NCBI GenBank assembly: GCA_964016885.1
Contig: OZ024742.1
Span: 309,876,001 to 309,940,000 of the forward strand
DNA from: Eledone cirrhosa
Taxonomy: Eukaryota
DNA length: 64,000 bases
Direction: 5' to 3'
Position numbers and translations under genes: made by a program. The notes beneath the pieces were generated by a model. That model had not been told where the DNA came from and made no database searches. It saw only the letters and a list, made by a program, of their open reading frames with translations. How positions within the stretch are numbered: position 1 is the stretch's first letter; every line of letters begins with the position of its first letter. Below are positions 20,501 to 32,369 of the stretch, one piece after another.

Positions 20501-23500
20501 TTGAGAGTTGGCTGTTTGAACGCGCGTGGCCTGGGCTCAGCTTGGAAGCAAGCAAAGCTTCTAAGTGACCTCAGGTCACAAAGTATAGATGTGATGGTTG
20601 TTTGCGAGAGTCGGATCAGCAGCGTGAGACAGCTGGCGCCCGCCTTCGATGACTTTGAGATGCACGCATCTCTCTGTCAACCCGGAGGCGGGGGGGGGGG
20701 AGTTGCCGTACTGCTGGATAAACGTCTGAATCTCGACGTACAGATTGTTCACTCGGACCCGGGGGGTCGATTACTGGTGCTGGACGTCGGAGGCGGTGAA
20801 GGCGGGGCTTTCAGACTGGTCGGTCTTTATGCTCCCTTCGGGGCGGAAAGAGCCGACTTCTTCCAGCGTCTGGAGACTTTTCTAGGAACGTCGCGTTCCC
20901 TGCTTTTAGTGGGGGACTGGAATGGAATCCTAGATGCGCGTTGGGACTATGCAGGGGCATGTCCCGATAGATGGGGGTGTAGCAGCCTCAAGGGTTTACT
21001 CGATCGATTCGACCTGGTCGATAGATTTCGACTAGATTGTCCAACTGCGCCAACCTGGACCTGGGCAAACCGCAGTGGACAATCTAGATCGTACCTAGAT
21101 AGGTTTTTGGTTAGGAGTAAGGATAGGGACGTATTTAGTTGTCCAGAACTGATCATGGTTGGCTATTCAGATCACAAATTAGTGACCTGCGTGGTCAACC
21201 TTGATAGAACGCATAGACAGGGTCCCGGTTACTGGAAGATGAACTTGTCCTTACCGACAAAGAAAGATTACAGAAACCGGATTAGTAGCTTAGTTAAGAT
21301 GCGGTTGACGGGAGCGATCGTCAACAGTAGGTGGTGGATATCTCTAAAGAGAGAGATTAGAGTAAGTTCGATAGGTTACAGTAAGGAACTAGCGGCGAAT
21401 AGAAATAGGAGGGAAAGGGAGTTAACAGATAAACTAGAAGAGGCGATTAGGAGCAGAGACGTAGCCAGAGTGTTAGCGACGAGAACGGCATTGAGCCAGT
21501 TCTTTGACGCGAAGCACGAAGGCTGCGTTGTCCGAAGTAAAATACGTGCTTTAGGAAACGAGGGGACCAAAGCTGTTAGCTGGGCCCGCGTGACAGAAGC
21601 CAAGAGTGGGATTAAATCCACCATTCGGTCTTTGCGAGACCAGGATGGACGGGTGATCCTTGAACCTGAGCGAATGTGCGAGACCTTTCAAAGGCACTTT
21701 GCTCGACTGTTCGGAGGTGGCGGGGGGCCGGACGGGGATGTGGACTTCGGTCCATACCTCGACGGTCTACCGCGTCTTTCGAGCGGCGAAGCGGAGTGCT
21801 GCGAAAGGCCAATCACAGCCACTGAAATCGGGGAAGCGCTCAGCCAATGCAGCAGACGCAAATCCCCGGGTCTCGATGGTCTACCATACGAACTTTATTT
21901 AGCTATGCCGGTCTTGTTCTCCGAACTCCTCGAGGCTGTCTATTGCAACTGGCAACAGAACGGGAGAATTCCCTGTTCTGTGACCAAGGGCGTGGTCACG
22001 CTAGTGAGGAAGGACGAGAGCAAGGGGGACGACTTAAGTAACTTTAGGCCCATAACTCTGCTGAATGCAGAGTTACAGATTTTGGCCAAGGTGTTGGCGA
22101 AGAGGTTGGCGCTTGTGGTGAGTGGTTTGGTGGGAGACGCGCAGACATGCGCTATCCCGTCCAGGTCCATTCACGACAACCTCCACCTCATGCGATACAT
22201 CATAGAGAGGGTTGGCTACGAACCCGGCTTTGGTGGGGCCCTGATCAACTTGGATCAATCTAAGGCGTTCGATAGGGTCGACCATGGTTACCTGGATGCG
22301 GTGCTAGCGGCGGCGGGCTTCGGACCCGTTTTCAGGGGCTGGATTTCTGCCATGCACAGTGGCAACATCTACTCTAGGATTAAAGTAAACGGCTACCTCT
22401 CGGAGCCGTTTCAAATCACCCGATCCATCAGACAGGGGTGCCCCCTCTCCTCCCTTCTGTACGTATTGACTCTCGAGCCACTGCTGCGGAAGTTGGAGTT
22501 GCTGCGGGGCATACCCCTGGAACCGGGATTGCACAAAGCGGTCTCGGCCTATGCCGACGACGTAACAGTAATGGTGGCGGACGCCTCGGAAATCGGGGCG
22601 ATCGCCACCCTACTGGAGGAATACGAAAGGCTGACGGGGGCTAAGCTGAACCAGGACAAGTCAGTCGGTTTGCAACTCGGAACGTGGAGGGGCAAACCGA
22701 TGCCGTTAGACGGTGTCGTCGGGCGGTGGACGGAGGGCCCGGTGAAGCTGCTCGGGGTCTGGTTCGGACCGGACCTCCAGGTGGAGAAGAATTGGGGCGA
22801 GGTGACGAGCAGGGTGTTTGCGCTGACCCAGAAGTGGGCCAAGTGCAAACTATCACTGAAAGGTCGGGCGGAGGTGACGAACGCTTACATAGCGTCCGTC
22901 ATCTACTACCGCCTGACCGTCGTGCCTTGCCCCAAGGAAAAGCTCACCATCATGGAACGCATGCTCTTCCAGTTCCTCTGGAAGAAGCGGCCTCCCATGG
23001 TGAGGAGATCCATCTGCTGCCAGCACCCTTCGAAAGGAGGGCTGGGTATGCCGTGGCTGTTGATGCGTAGGCACGCATTGAGGCTACGGCATCTACAGGT
23101 ATTCCTCAACGGTCAGCCGGTGTGGGCCCCGTTTGTGAGGCGAGCCTTCCCACAGCTCGTCTCGCTCACCGAACTGCAATCCTGGGTGAAGCAAAGACCG
23201 AGAAAACTGGGCAACTGGCACACCGAGTGTGCCCAGGCGCTCACGGCTATCTGGCAAGCGGACCCGACTGTCAGTGGAGAATCCACCTCGACATTCTATA
23301 GAGGGTTGGTGGCTAGCAGGGGCGACGACACCCTTGGAGAGTCGCTAGGCATGGAGGAGGACGAACTGGCCAGCCTATTCGGTAGAACTTTCGGCCCGGG
23401 ACCCATGGACAACTTCCAGAGGTCCCTAGCCTGGCAGTGTTACCGGGGGGCTCTGCCCGTTCGAGAAAAGCTCTACAGACACGGGCGCCCGGGCAGGGAT

Positions 23501-23932
23501 CCCGCGAAAAAGATCTGTCCCAGATGCGTGCGCGACGAGGAAACCGTTGCGCATGCACTGGTACACTGCCCGGGCGTTGCCGATCTGTGGGGCTACGTCG
23601 AACGACTGCTGTCGCGTGTGGCGCCGATTCGATTAACCGCCGAGTCTGTGGTGAACATCAAGCCGCCTCCTCCCTTCAGAAATGAAGCAGAGGCGGTCTT
23701 TCTGTGCGTAATAGCCATGATGAAAGAGGTTGTGTGGTGGACGCGCCTGAAAGGTCTGAGGTCGGGTGACTTTCTCTCCGGCCATCACCTGGTTTACTTC
23801 TTCCGATACCACTTCGGAAGAAGAATCAGGATGGAGAGAGAAGTGCTTGGTCCCAGACAGTTTTATGAAAGGTGGGTGAAAGAAGCGAGAATGGCCCGTG
23901 TAAATGGGCCTTCTCTCTACATTGTTCTGTAG
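20501..23932 (+). CDS. ORF2p EN-RT-ZnF (copy 4)
   Basis: Intact 1143-aa ORF. Confidence 0.95.
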   Translation: MRVGCLNARGLGSAWKQAKLLSDLRSQSIDVMVVCESRISSVRQLAPAFDDFEMHASLCQPGGGGGGVAVLLDKRLNLDVQIVHSDPGGRLLVLDVGGGEGGAFRLVGLYAPFGAERADFFQRLETFLGTSRSLLLVGDWNGILDARWDYAGACPDRWGCSSLKGLLDRFDLVDRFRLDCPTAPTWTWANRSGQSRSYLDRFLVRSKDRDVFSCPELIMVGYSDHKLVTCVVNLDRTHRQGPGYWKMNLSLPTKKDYRNRISSLVKMRLTGAIVNSRWWISLKREIRVSSIGYSKELAANRNRRERELTDKLEEAIRSRDVARVLATRTALSQFFDAKHEGCVVRSKIRALGNEGTKAVSWARVTEAKSGIKSTIRSLRDQDGRVILEPERMCETFQRHFARLFGGGGGPDGDVDFGPYLDGLPRLSSGEAECCERPITATEIGEALSQCSRRKSPGLDGLPYELYLAMPVLFSELLEAVYCNWQQNGRIPCSVTKGVVTLVRKDESKGDDLSNFRPITLLNAELQILAKVLAKRLALVVSGLVGDAQTCAIPSRSIHDNLHLMRYIIERVGYEPGFGGALINLDQSKAFDRVDHGYLDAVLAAAGFGPVFRGWISAMHSGNIYSRIKVNGYLSEPFQITRSIRQGCPLSSLLYVLTLEPLLRKLELLRGIPLEPGLHKAVSAYADDVTVMVADASEIGAIATLLEEYERLTGAKLNQDKSVGLQLGTWRGKPMPLDGVVGRWTEGPVKLLGVWFGPDLQVEKNWGEVTSRVFALTQKWAKCKLSLKGRAEVTNAYIASVIYYRLTVVPCPKEKLTIMERMLFQFLWKKRPPMVRRSICCQHPSKGGLGMPWLLMRRHALRLRHLQVFLNGQPVWAPFVRRAFPQLVSLTELQSWVKQRPRKLGNWHTECAQALTAIWQADPTVSGESTSTFYRGLVASRGDDTLGESLGMEEDELASLFGRTFGPGPMDNFQRSLAWQCYRGALPVREKLYRHGRPGRDPAKKICPRCVRDEETVAHALVHCPGVADLWGYVERLLSRVAPIRLTAESVVNIKPPPPFRNEAEAVFLCVIAMMKEVVWWTRLKGLRSGDFLSGHHLVYFFRYHFGRRIRMEREVLGPRQFYERWVKEARMARVNGPSLYIVL

Positions 23933-25271
23933 GTGAAGAAGTGAAGAGGAAAGGGGGAGCGCCTCCTCTCTGGGCTTCCCCCGCGAAAAGAGTTGCACAC
24001 TTTTCGGGGGTATGTGCAATCCCCAACACGCCCCCTCCCTTTTGAGGACTTTTTATTGTTATATTATTATTGTTATTCCTTTTTTCTTTACTCGATTTAT
24101 GTAAACTCCCCCACTGTGTAAATGTCCCCTTCTTTTGTGCCCTCGTGGCAAATAAATAGAAATTTATCTATCTATCTATCTAAACCTATAGGCTGAGGAA
24201 GATAAACAGAGGGAAGACAGGAACACCTACAAAACGTATTCCTGGTGTTGAGGGTTGTTCTATCCACGGGGTTAAAAAAACCCTGCAGTAACCTTCCCCC
24301 CTATTGGGGATTTCAATTGTTATTTTATTATATACTAGCAGTGGTACCCGGCGTTGCACGGGATAAGGTATTTTGGAACGCGGGCCGCCAACAAACCTAA
24401 TTGTGGAAAACTGCATGCCTCGACAATATGTAAAGAAAATAAACCGAATACTGGCTGGATAATCTGTAAGATTTTCCCCGATGAAGCAGGAAAAATGCAG
24501 GTTTTCACCTAATGCGGGCCTTAGGACACCAAGAAAATGAATTTTTTTTATGTTCATAATACGCGTTGAAATTTCGGGAAAATCGGCTAGACGTAACGCC
24601 TAAAAAAAGCCCTAAAAAGCTGAAAAAATGAAGTTTTTCACCTAATGCGAGCCCTAGGCCATAAAAAAGTTGGATTTTCTTTGCTCACGGTATGAAGAAG
24701 AGGCTGACTAATACATAGTTACAATTTCAAGGAAATAGGTCTGACGTAACGCCTCAAAATACCCCTAAAAATCTGAACAAAAACGTAGTTTTTCACCTAA
24801 TGCGGGCCCTAGGGGATCAAAAGTTGAATTTTTATGTGCATAACAGTCCCTGAAACATAATGCGGGCCGCCAACAAACCTTATCGTGTGAAAACTGCATG
24901 CCTGGAGAATATGGAAAGAAAATAAACCGAATACTCTGATGCAATTAGTATTAGGTATGCTTCTCCTTCCACGTGAAGAAAATCGGCTTGGTGCTTTTGT
25001 ACTTTAATAAAGTATCATGAGTCAGCAGGACAGATGTCACCACTTATGTCGGAGGGAAGTCTGCAATGCTTGAGCAAGGCATAACGTGCAATCGGACAGC
25101 ATGTGGAGCCTTCTCGAAGGAGTCTACCGTACCTTAGTAAGTAAACGCAACTGGACAAATGTTTACCAAACTGTGGGTATAATTTAACAAATTTAAATTA
25201 AAATGGGCCCCGAGGCGTGTGCACGTTCACTGGCAGCTCTAAACGGAAGGGTCACCATCAGCTATTTCAAG

Positions 25272-25287
25272 GGCCCTTAAAAGGGCC
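25272..25287 (-). promoter_or_regulatory. Second histone-type stem-loop
   Basis: Minus strand reads ACGGCCCT-TTTA-AGGGCC; the 3' ACCA is absent. Confidence 0.5.
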
Positions 25288-25343
25288 GTGTAAGCCATTC
25301 ACTGACACCCCAGTAAGGAGGGGTAACCATCAACAATTTCAAG

Positions 25344-25363
25344 TGGTGGCCCTAAAAAGGGCC
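25344..25363 (-). promoter_or_regulatory. Histone-mRNA-type 3' stem-loop
   Basis: Minus strand reads GGCCCT-TTTT-AGGGCC-ACCA, matching the replication-dependent histone stem-loop consensus (6-bp stem, 4-nt loop, ACCA). Confidence 0.6.
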
Positions 25364-25857
25364 ATGTGAGCGTTCACTTGTAGGCCTTAATAGTGACTTT
25401 GCGTTCTCTGACATTTGAAGGAGGGTGTTACGGTTGCTTCCACTAGTAGCCTTTAGAATGAATCAGAATGCGTTCGCGGTCCGTTTAACAACCATACATT
25501 GACGCGCCGAGTGCGAAGCGGAAGGTCCATCTCTGAAGGTTGTCACCTGAAACCGAGGGAAAATGTATTTCAGGTAATAGGCCGTATGAATGGTAACCAG
25601 ATTGCCTAAAGAAATGTTGATAACGAACCTACCTCGTCCTTGTGCAAACGCAAGAAGACTCTCCCAGCTTCCAACTCTAGAGCACCCAACGAACAACGAT
25701 CCGCTTAACGATCTTTCATTGCCGCACCAATTGTCAAGGGGAAGGTTCTTAGCTGAAGGGTTCACCTTAAAACGTAGAAAAAAACGCATTTAAGTTAGTA
25801 GCCCGTACGAATTGCGACCAGATTGGTTTAAGAAAGGGCAATAATGAACATACCTTG

Positions 25858-28800
25858 TCACTGTTGCATATATAACACCTCGTTGTAAACAATGTTTCTT
25901 GTTTTCCCTCGTCGTGCAAATGCAAAAAGCCTCTCCCTGCTGCCAACTCTAGTGAACCCAACAATTGTTCGTGGCAGAAACAGGGCTCCTTCAGTAGAAG
26001 TCCGGCCACAGAAAGAGTCTGACCCTGGGACTTGTTAATGGACATGGCAAAACTGACCCGAAGCGGGAATTGCAGTCTTCTGAAGGTAAACGGAATTTCG
26101 GCTCCCGAGGGAGTAAGAGGAATTCTCGGAATGAAGACATCGCCGCCTTTTCCGCACCCAGAGAGGATTGTTGCCTCGATAACATGGTCTGCCATTTCCT
26201 TTACAGCCAGGTGTGTTCCGTTGCACAGCCTCGGTGGCTCCAAATTCCGCAGCAACACAACAGGAGTCCCTACTTTAAGGCGTAGCATGTGGGGCAGTAA
26301 TCCCGGAGACTATAAGGAGTTTAGGAATTGTGGTGGAAAGTTCACCACTTCATTTGGATCGGGCATCGTGTCAACAGACTTGTAGTGGCGAAGAGCACCA
26401 GGAAGGGAATCCAGTAGCAGGTCGTTGGAATTGTTGACAGTGGCGTTTTATGGAGCAAGCACTGCTCTTTCGCACAACCATGCGTGGTCCTGGAAATGGT
26501 GTTGCAAATCTGGAAACACTTTGTCTTTGACCTCTGCCGCAGAATTAACAGAAGTCGCAAATGGCCACACTTCCAGTTCACCTTCAGCGTCAAGAGGCAT
26601 GTTGCCGTCGTCAAGCTTCAGAATGTCCCCTGCAAAGTCAGCGGACGTTTGGTCACCATGCAATTGAGCCCTCATGTTGGTTGTAAGTGTCAGTTTCCTG
26701 ACATGGCGCCATAGGGGAGATGGCTTCAGACATGCTTGGACCACGTCAGCTCGTGTACCTTTGGGAATTACGGGGAGGGTCTGCCTGAAGTAGCCCGAAA
26801 GCAGAAGCGTAACACCTCCCATCGGATCCTGGCAGCCTCTGATATCCTGGAGGGTTGTGTTCAATGCGTCAAGAGCTCCTTTGTGAGCCATGGTGCACTC
26901 ATCCCAGACAATGAGTTGACACCGTTTCAGGACCTGGCCCTGGTCGGAATTCCTGCTGATGCTGCAAGTGGGTGTTTCTGACTTCGTTAAATTGAGGAGC
27001 TATTTAAAAGTGGAGTGTGCAGTCCTGCTATTGGGCAGCAAAGTTGCAGCAATCCCCGAAGAGGCCACAGCAACCGCAATGTCATTGTGCATCCTGACTT
27101 TTGCAAGGAGAAGCCTTGTTAAAAATGTTTTGCCCATCCCCCCAGGAGCATTCAGAAAGAACATACCTCTTTTTCTATGGCGCATATGGTCAGCGACAAT
27201 GGTGTAAACACGACGTTGATCCGGAAGAAGTTGTGGTTCAGTTTCATGGATGCACCTGGCAAGGTCATCGACGTCGTAGGATGTTTCCCGAAGAAGAGCT
27301 GTAGCAAGTACGTTTGACCCGGTACGGAGCGCTTGGGGCAGACCATATGACGGCAAATAATTTCTACCGAGTGATGCAACTCTCTCCTCAATGTCAATCA
27401 AAGCACAATTGAAGACCTCATCGCTGGTTCGTTCCATTTGAGAGTATTGCAGTTGCGCCCGGCGTTTGTAGTCCTCGGATATGTCTTCTTTGAACTGCAG
27501 CCACAAAGACATAGGATTGCTTAGTTCGCAAGTTTGTAGCATTACTGAAAATAGAGCTCGTAAACGCATAGGCGATTGAGATGCAACGGCTTCGAACAAA
27601 GTCGCTTCCCACTGCGCACCGTCTTCCAGCAGGCCACGATTGAAGCAAGCTTCCCTGTAAGTGCTGCACACGCAGCCGTCAAAAGTTCGGAGGTAGTGAA
27701 AAGATTGGGGTCCTCTTAACTCATGCAGCAAAAGGCGAAGGTAGAAGCACTCGTGCTGGTTCGGGTGCACAGTGTAAACCCTCCCAAGACAACTGTTAAA
27801 CTTTATGCCGGGATGTCCAGATTTACCTGCCTTTCTGCGCACCCATTGTTGCTTATTACATGTGTAGTAGGACGGCACCTGGGGGTAAAGCAGAGTCTGT
27901 GCAAAAGAGTCGGTCCGACACAGTTTAAAAAATCCAGTGAGGGTTGTTTCTCGTGGGTCCTCCACCATTTGGGCAGCATTAGCGTCGGTGAAGTAGACCC
28001 TTTGACCCTTCTGAAGCTGAACCGTGAGCTGTACAATAGCAGGGTGCCTTTGGTGTATTGGGAGGCCAAGATTCCGCCAGAAAGCCTCGTTGCTACTGAT
28101 GTAACGGCCAGCTTGGTATTGCGAGACCTCATAACGGCTGTGTCCTGCTGTAGACCGAACATAGCAGCGTCTGAACCCTTATTCACGTAGTTGCAGATGT
28201 ACTTGATGGACTTGACGGAGCTACAGAATTCCACGTTGATGTGGGCACCAAAGGTCTTCAAAAGAAGTGGGCAGTAGGGCACTATCCATCGGTTGTCAAC
28301 CTCGTGCTGTCCAACTGACGCTGTGAAACCACCGTCTCTGGGTTGCTGTCGTCTGTACAATGGGTATCCGTCCACGCCTGTCTGGGTTTCTTTAAGGAAC
28401 TTTCGGGGAAACCTTTTGCTGCAGACATTGCTGTTCATGCAAGGTGAGCTCAAATTGAAACCACGCCCACATGAACCATGGACGATGTTTGCCTTCACTA
28501 TTTCGTAGAGGTCTTTGTCCACAGACGGATCGGGAAGCTCAGCGGAGATGACCTTGTCAATGTCGTTTGGAGATATTCTTGCGGACAGCCAGATGAGGAT
28601 ATGGGCATGCGGTAGGCGCCTCTTCTGCCACTCGACGGTGTACATGTCGCATATAACTGGTCCGAAGACTTGTCCTCTCTTGATGAGCTTCATCAGGTTG
28701 ATAAGCTTCAGCCGAAAGACTCTGGCCAGGATGTCAAGCCTGTCTTTGGTCTGTTGCCCTTGGAACAGTTCTGCAGCAATCTCCTTCCACTTAGGATTGC

Positions 28801-30338
28801 AAGTGAAAGTGATGAACAGGTAGGGCTTGCCGTAATGCCGAGCGTAAGTCATGGCATCTTGCGTCCTCTCGTGCATGTAGCGCAGACTTCCGGTGAAAGT
28901 GGATGGAAGGATGCAGAGTTTTCCTACGCTGGCTGGCGCTGCATCATTGGTGAGGGCATCTCAGAGGTGGATGTAGCTCTCAGACCGCAATTGCCTCTGG
29001 TGTGACCGGATGAAGCACAACCTTTCTGATTGCATTTTCGCACACATGTCGACGGCGAATTTCTGAAAGAGGTCTCTTGATTGGTGCAGGTGGTTGAATA
29101 AGTTGCGGCGTAACATTAAGCGGTAAGAGTAGAAACTCATGCAGGAAACAGTTTTATTGGTTGAACGCCCAGGATGTTCGGGATTATCCTGAGGAATACC
29201 AAATTTATGACATTGAAATTTGATGCAGGAGCTGCTTCCAATGCATACTTGAAGCTGATGACATAGAAGTTGTATGTGTGCAAAATGTCTTGTAGGTTTT
29301 TGATAATGTCAAGGTTGGTGCCAGGTGAAATGGAGTTCCGCATGGCAGCCTATTCGTTCATATTCCCGACGAAGTAAATTTGGAGGAACTGGGGACCTTC
29401 GTTGGCAGTAGGTTGGAGCGGTCCGATTCTATGATATACCTGCCCTCGCACTTTAAATGTGGGCATAAATCCACCGTCTCTGACAACATTTGCCCCGAAA
29501 GATGTCATCTTGAAGGCGCAATTGTACTTCCGGATATTACTGAGAAAGTGCTTTGAATCGGCAGTTGAGCCTGAAAGGAGGATCTTCAGCAGCTGTGGTG
29601 GGTCCTCCAGTGGGTGCAATTTGACCTTCCCGTTAGAGCAGCACATACCAGGGGGTTCCCCCGACCACTTTTTGGCATTGCAAAATGAGCACGTTTTTGA
29701 CATACTTCCAAGTGTCTTATGTGGGTGGCTGCCGTAATGAAAGTTGGGGCTGTACTCGAAAGCTTTGAAGGCCCATTGTGAGCTGCACGGCTTTGAAACA
29801 CCTTGCCTAAGGGCTCTTCGTTGGACATTACTCTCTAGACGGTTATCGCGGTCTTGCGCCGTTTTGGAAACTCGAGCAGCAGCAGTGTTCGCAGCATCCG
29901 TTGCTCGACGTCTAATGCGCTGTTCTTCGTTCTCCGCAGCCCGTGAAGCAGAAGTTGACGCGGCATCAGATGTTCGGTAACGTTTACGCTATTGGTCTGG
30001 CTCCGCAGTTCTTGCACCAGACGTTGAGGCGGCGTTAGCGGTATGGCGGTTTCGACGCTGGTCTTCATTCTCTGCAGCTCTTGCAGCAGATGTTGATGCC
30101 GCGTTAGCGGCATGGCGGCTTCGACGCTGGTGTTCAGTCTCTGCAGCTCTTGTAGCAGCAGTCAAAACGGCAATAGTTGTTCGGCGAGCGGTTCGTTGGC
30201 ACCACTTACGGCACCACGTTCAGCAGCTTGTGACCGTCGGATAGCAGAATCCTCTGATGATTCCTTTGCCCGCCTTGCTCTTGTCATTGCAGCTTTCACA
30301 GTTTTTCGTCCGATGGAGTATCTCTTCATTCGAGGCAT
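25858..30338 (-). pseudogene. Helitron RepHel transposase (HUH Rep + PIF1-type helicase), with multiple stops and frameshifts
   Basis: Zinc finger CSFCNAKKW..CC. Rep motifs FITFTCNPKW, VEWQKRRLPHAHILIW, KYICNYVNKG. Helicase motifs APGGMGKTF, AVASSGIAATLL, RTAHSTFK, FRQTLPVI, LCNGT, QFPLRVSFAMSINKSQGQTL. C-terminus TRNIVYNEVL. Confidence 0.93.
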
Positions 30339-31581
30339 GACCTAAAATTAGGAGGAAGGGCAGTGAGACTCACTCCTAGAGCAAAGGCTAATTTGTAAGT
30401 GAATTGCATTAGATGTTTATGGATTTGTCTACTGGTATGTAGCATAAAGGCAAGGCAACTTGCTTAACTACCCTCAGGGTATTGGGATGACAGTAAGCTT
30501 AACATTGCGACAACCGAGGCCAAAAAAGAAGTAAAGGTCAATGATACGATTGTGGGCAGCACTGTAAAAAAGTGTAGGCATTAGAGCCTACGTGCATTAG
30601 GTGAAAACTGGAGAGAGAAACTGTGTGTGCGTGTGCGCTTACCAAATGTCTGTTGAATGAGTGGTAGATTTGGCCTTCAGCAGGGGTAGCAGAGCAACAG
30701 GTGTCAGAGGGTTGGTGGTTTTTCTGCTAGTCATTTATAATTCTTACAAAGTATAAAATTTACACACCAAAAAATATATACAATACTCTATTTCTTAAGT
30801 AATTCGCATAAAATTGCAACACTGTGAAAATTGAAGCTATTATAACGATGTTTTTTTTACCGGCTTTAATTTTTAGTGTTGTGTGAAATATATAACCTGC
30901 AAACCTGATTTTTGAATCGCAGGATCGACTTTATTTCACTCGCTCCACTAAAAGTTGGATTTTCTTTGCTCACGGTATGAAGAAGAGACTGACTAATACA
31001 TAGTTACCGGCTTTCATTTTTAGTGTTGTGTGAAATATATAACCGCCTTAGCTAAGCTTAGTATTGCCACAACCGCGGCTGGCAAAGAAGTAAGGGTCTG
31101 GTGGTATGTAAGTAAGCAACATTGTGGCTTAAAACGTGAGGAAGAAGTTGTGTGCACTTACCAACTGTTTGGGGAATGAGTGTGAGATTTGTCTTGAGCA
31201 AGGGTGGCGGAATAACCGGAGGCAGCAGACAGAAAGACATACAGGCAGATATTATAAGGGCGCGTTATGGACGCATATGGAATTGTGGGAAGTGACGTAA
31301 TGCAGATAGCCAGACATACAGACAGATATTATAAGGGCGCGACGTTATATGTATGTATCTATCTAAAAAGAGAAAGACTAAGAATTATAGAGAGAGATCG
31401 CTAAATCGCCTAATGCGGTCCCTAGAGCATTGAAAATTTGAGATTTATTTTGCTCAGAACACTCCCTGAAACATAAGTATTACATGTGTAAAGTTTGAAA
31501 ACAGTGGGTTGGGTGCTTCTCGAGTTTTAGGGATTCAAACTCACACACACAGACAGACATCCTCAGTTTTATATATATAGA

Positions 31582-32095
31582 CTAGCAGAAAACGACCCGG
31601 TGGGCGGTTTTCTGCTAGCAAATCTAGTGTATATACTGATATTGTTGAGATTTGGATGAGAAATGTTTTCGGCACCACATGTCCACCGTCTCTCAGTGTG
31701 TCTTTTATGCATGTATAAATATATATGTTATCTATACGGTGAAATCTTTGAAATAAATATATGTTAAAACGAAAAAGGAGAAAAAGAGATTAGTGACGGA
31801 AATATAAACGTTATGATACATAAACGTTATGATATAACGATGGAAATATATAAACGTTTACGATAAAACGATGGAAATAGAAACGTTTATATATAATGAT
31901 AAGCCGAAACACTCGTAAGGCGAAACACTCGTAAGTCGAAACACTCGTAAAGCGAAACGTATAAATAAAGATTAATGTAATGAATTTGAAAAGCATAGAG
32001 ATTTGAAACCGCGTCTATTTGTTTCCTTGGCATTTTTTACAGACGGACAGACAGACAAACAAACAAAGGAATTCCCATTATCTATTATAAGTAGA
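31582..32095 (-). mobile_element. Non-autonomous Helitron fused head-to-tail to the large Helitron
   Basis: Minus-strand 5' end TCTACTTATAATAG...(TCTG)n at 32095. 3' CTAG at 31582-31585 lies within a terminal hairpin. Confidence 0.7.
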
Positions 32096-32369
32096 CTTGG
32101 CATGGTGTCAAGTCAGAACCGCCTCGAACTGGTTACTTCTGGCTTGTGCAAGGTGTCTCTATAGCAACCAGCGATTCCCTCGGCCTCAGTGACCAAAGTC
32201 AGTGGAGAGGGGAAGGTAATGTTTCTATAGCGACAGTGTTTCTCTTGGTAGTACCAAAGTGGAGAAAGGAAGGGGAAGGTAATATTTCTGTAGCACCTAC
32301 ATTTGAGTTTTAGGGAAGGACATACAGACAGACAGACAGACAAACAGAGAAATGCCCATATATTTCCGC

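Larger units (their letters stand above)
18465..24182 (+). mobile_element. Full-length Tx1-like LINE, copy 4
   Basis: Ends AGAAATT(TATC)4TA, followed by unrelated flank. Confidence 0.93.
24335..31581 (-). mobile_element. Helitron (autonomous type, decayed)
   Basis: Minus-strand 5' end TCTATATATATAAAACTGAGGATGTCTGTCTG at 31581. 3' end CTAG|T at 24335, preceded by the hairpin CCCGTGCAACGCCGGG (24347-24362). Contains a RepHel coding region. Confidence 0.9.

Noticed and set aside
24188-24245. CTGAGGA..AAAACGTA hammerhead-like motif
   Set aside because: GAAA is mutated and the stems are unconvincing
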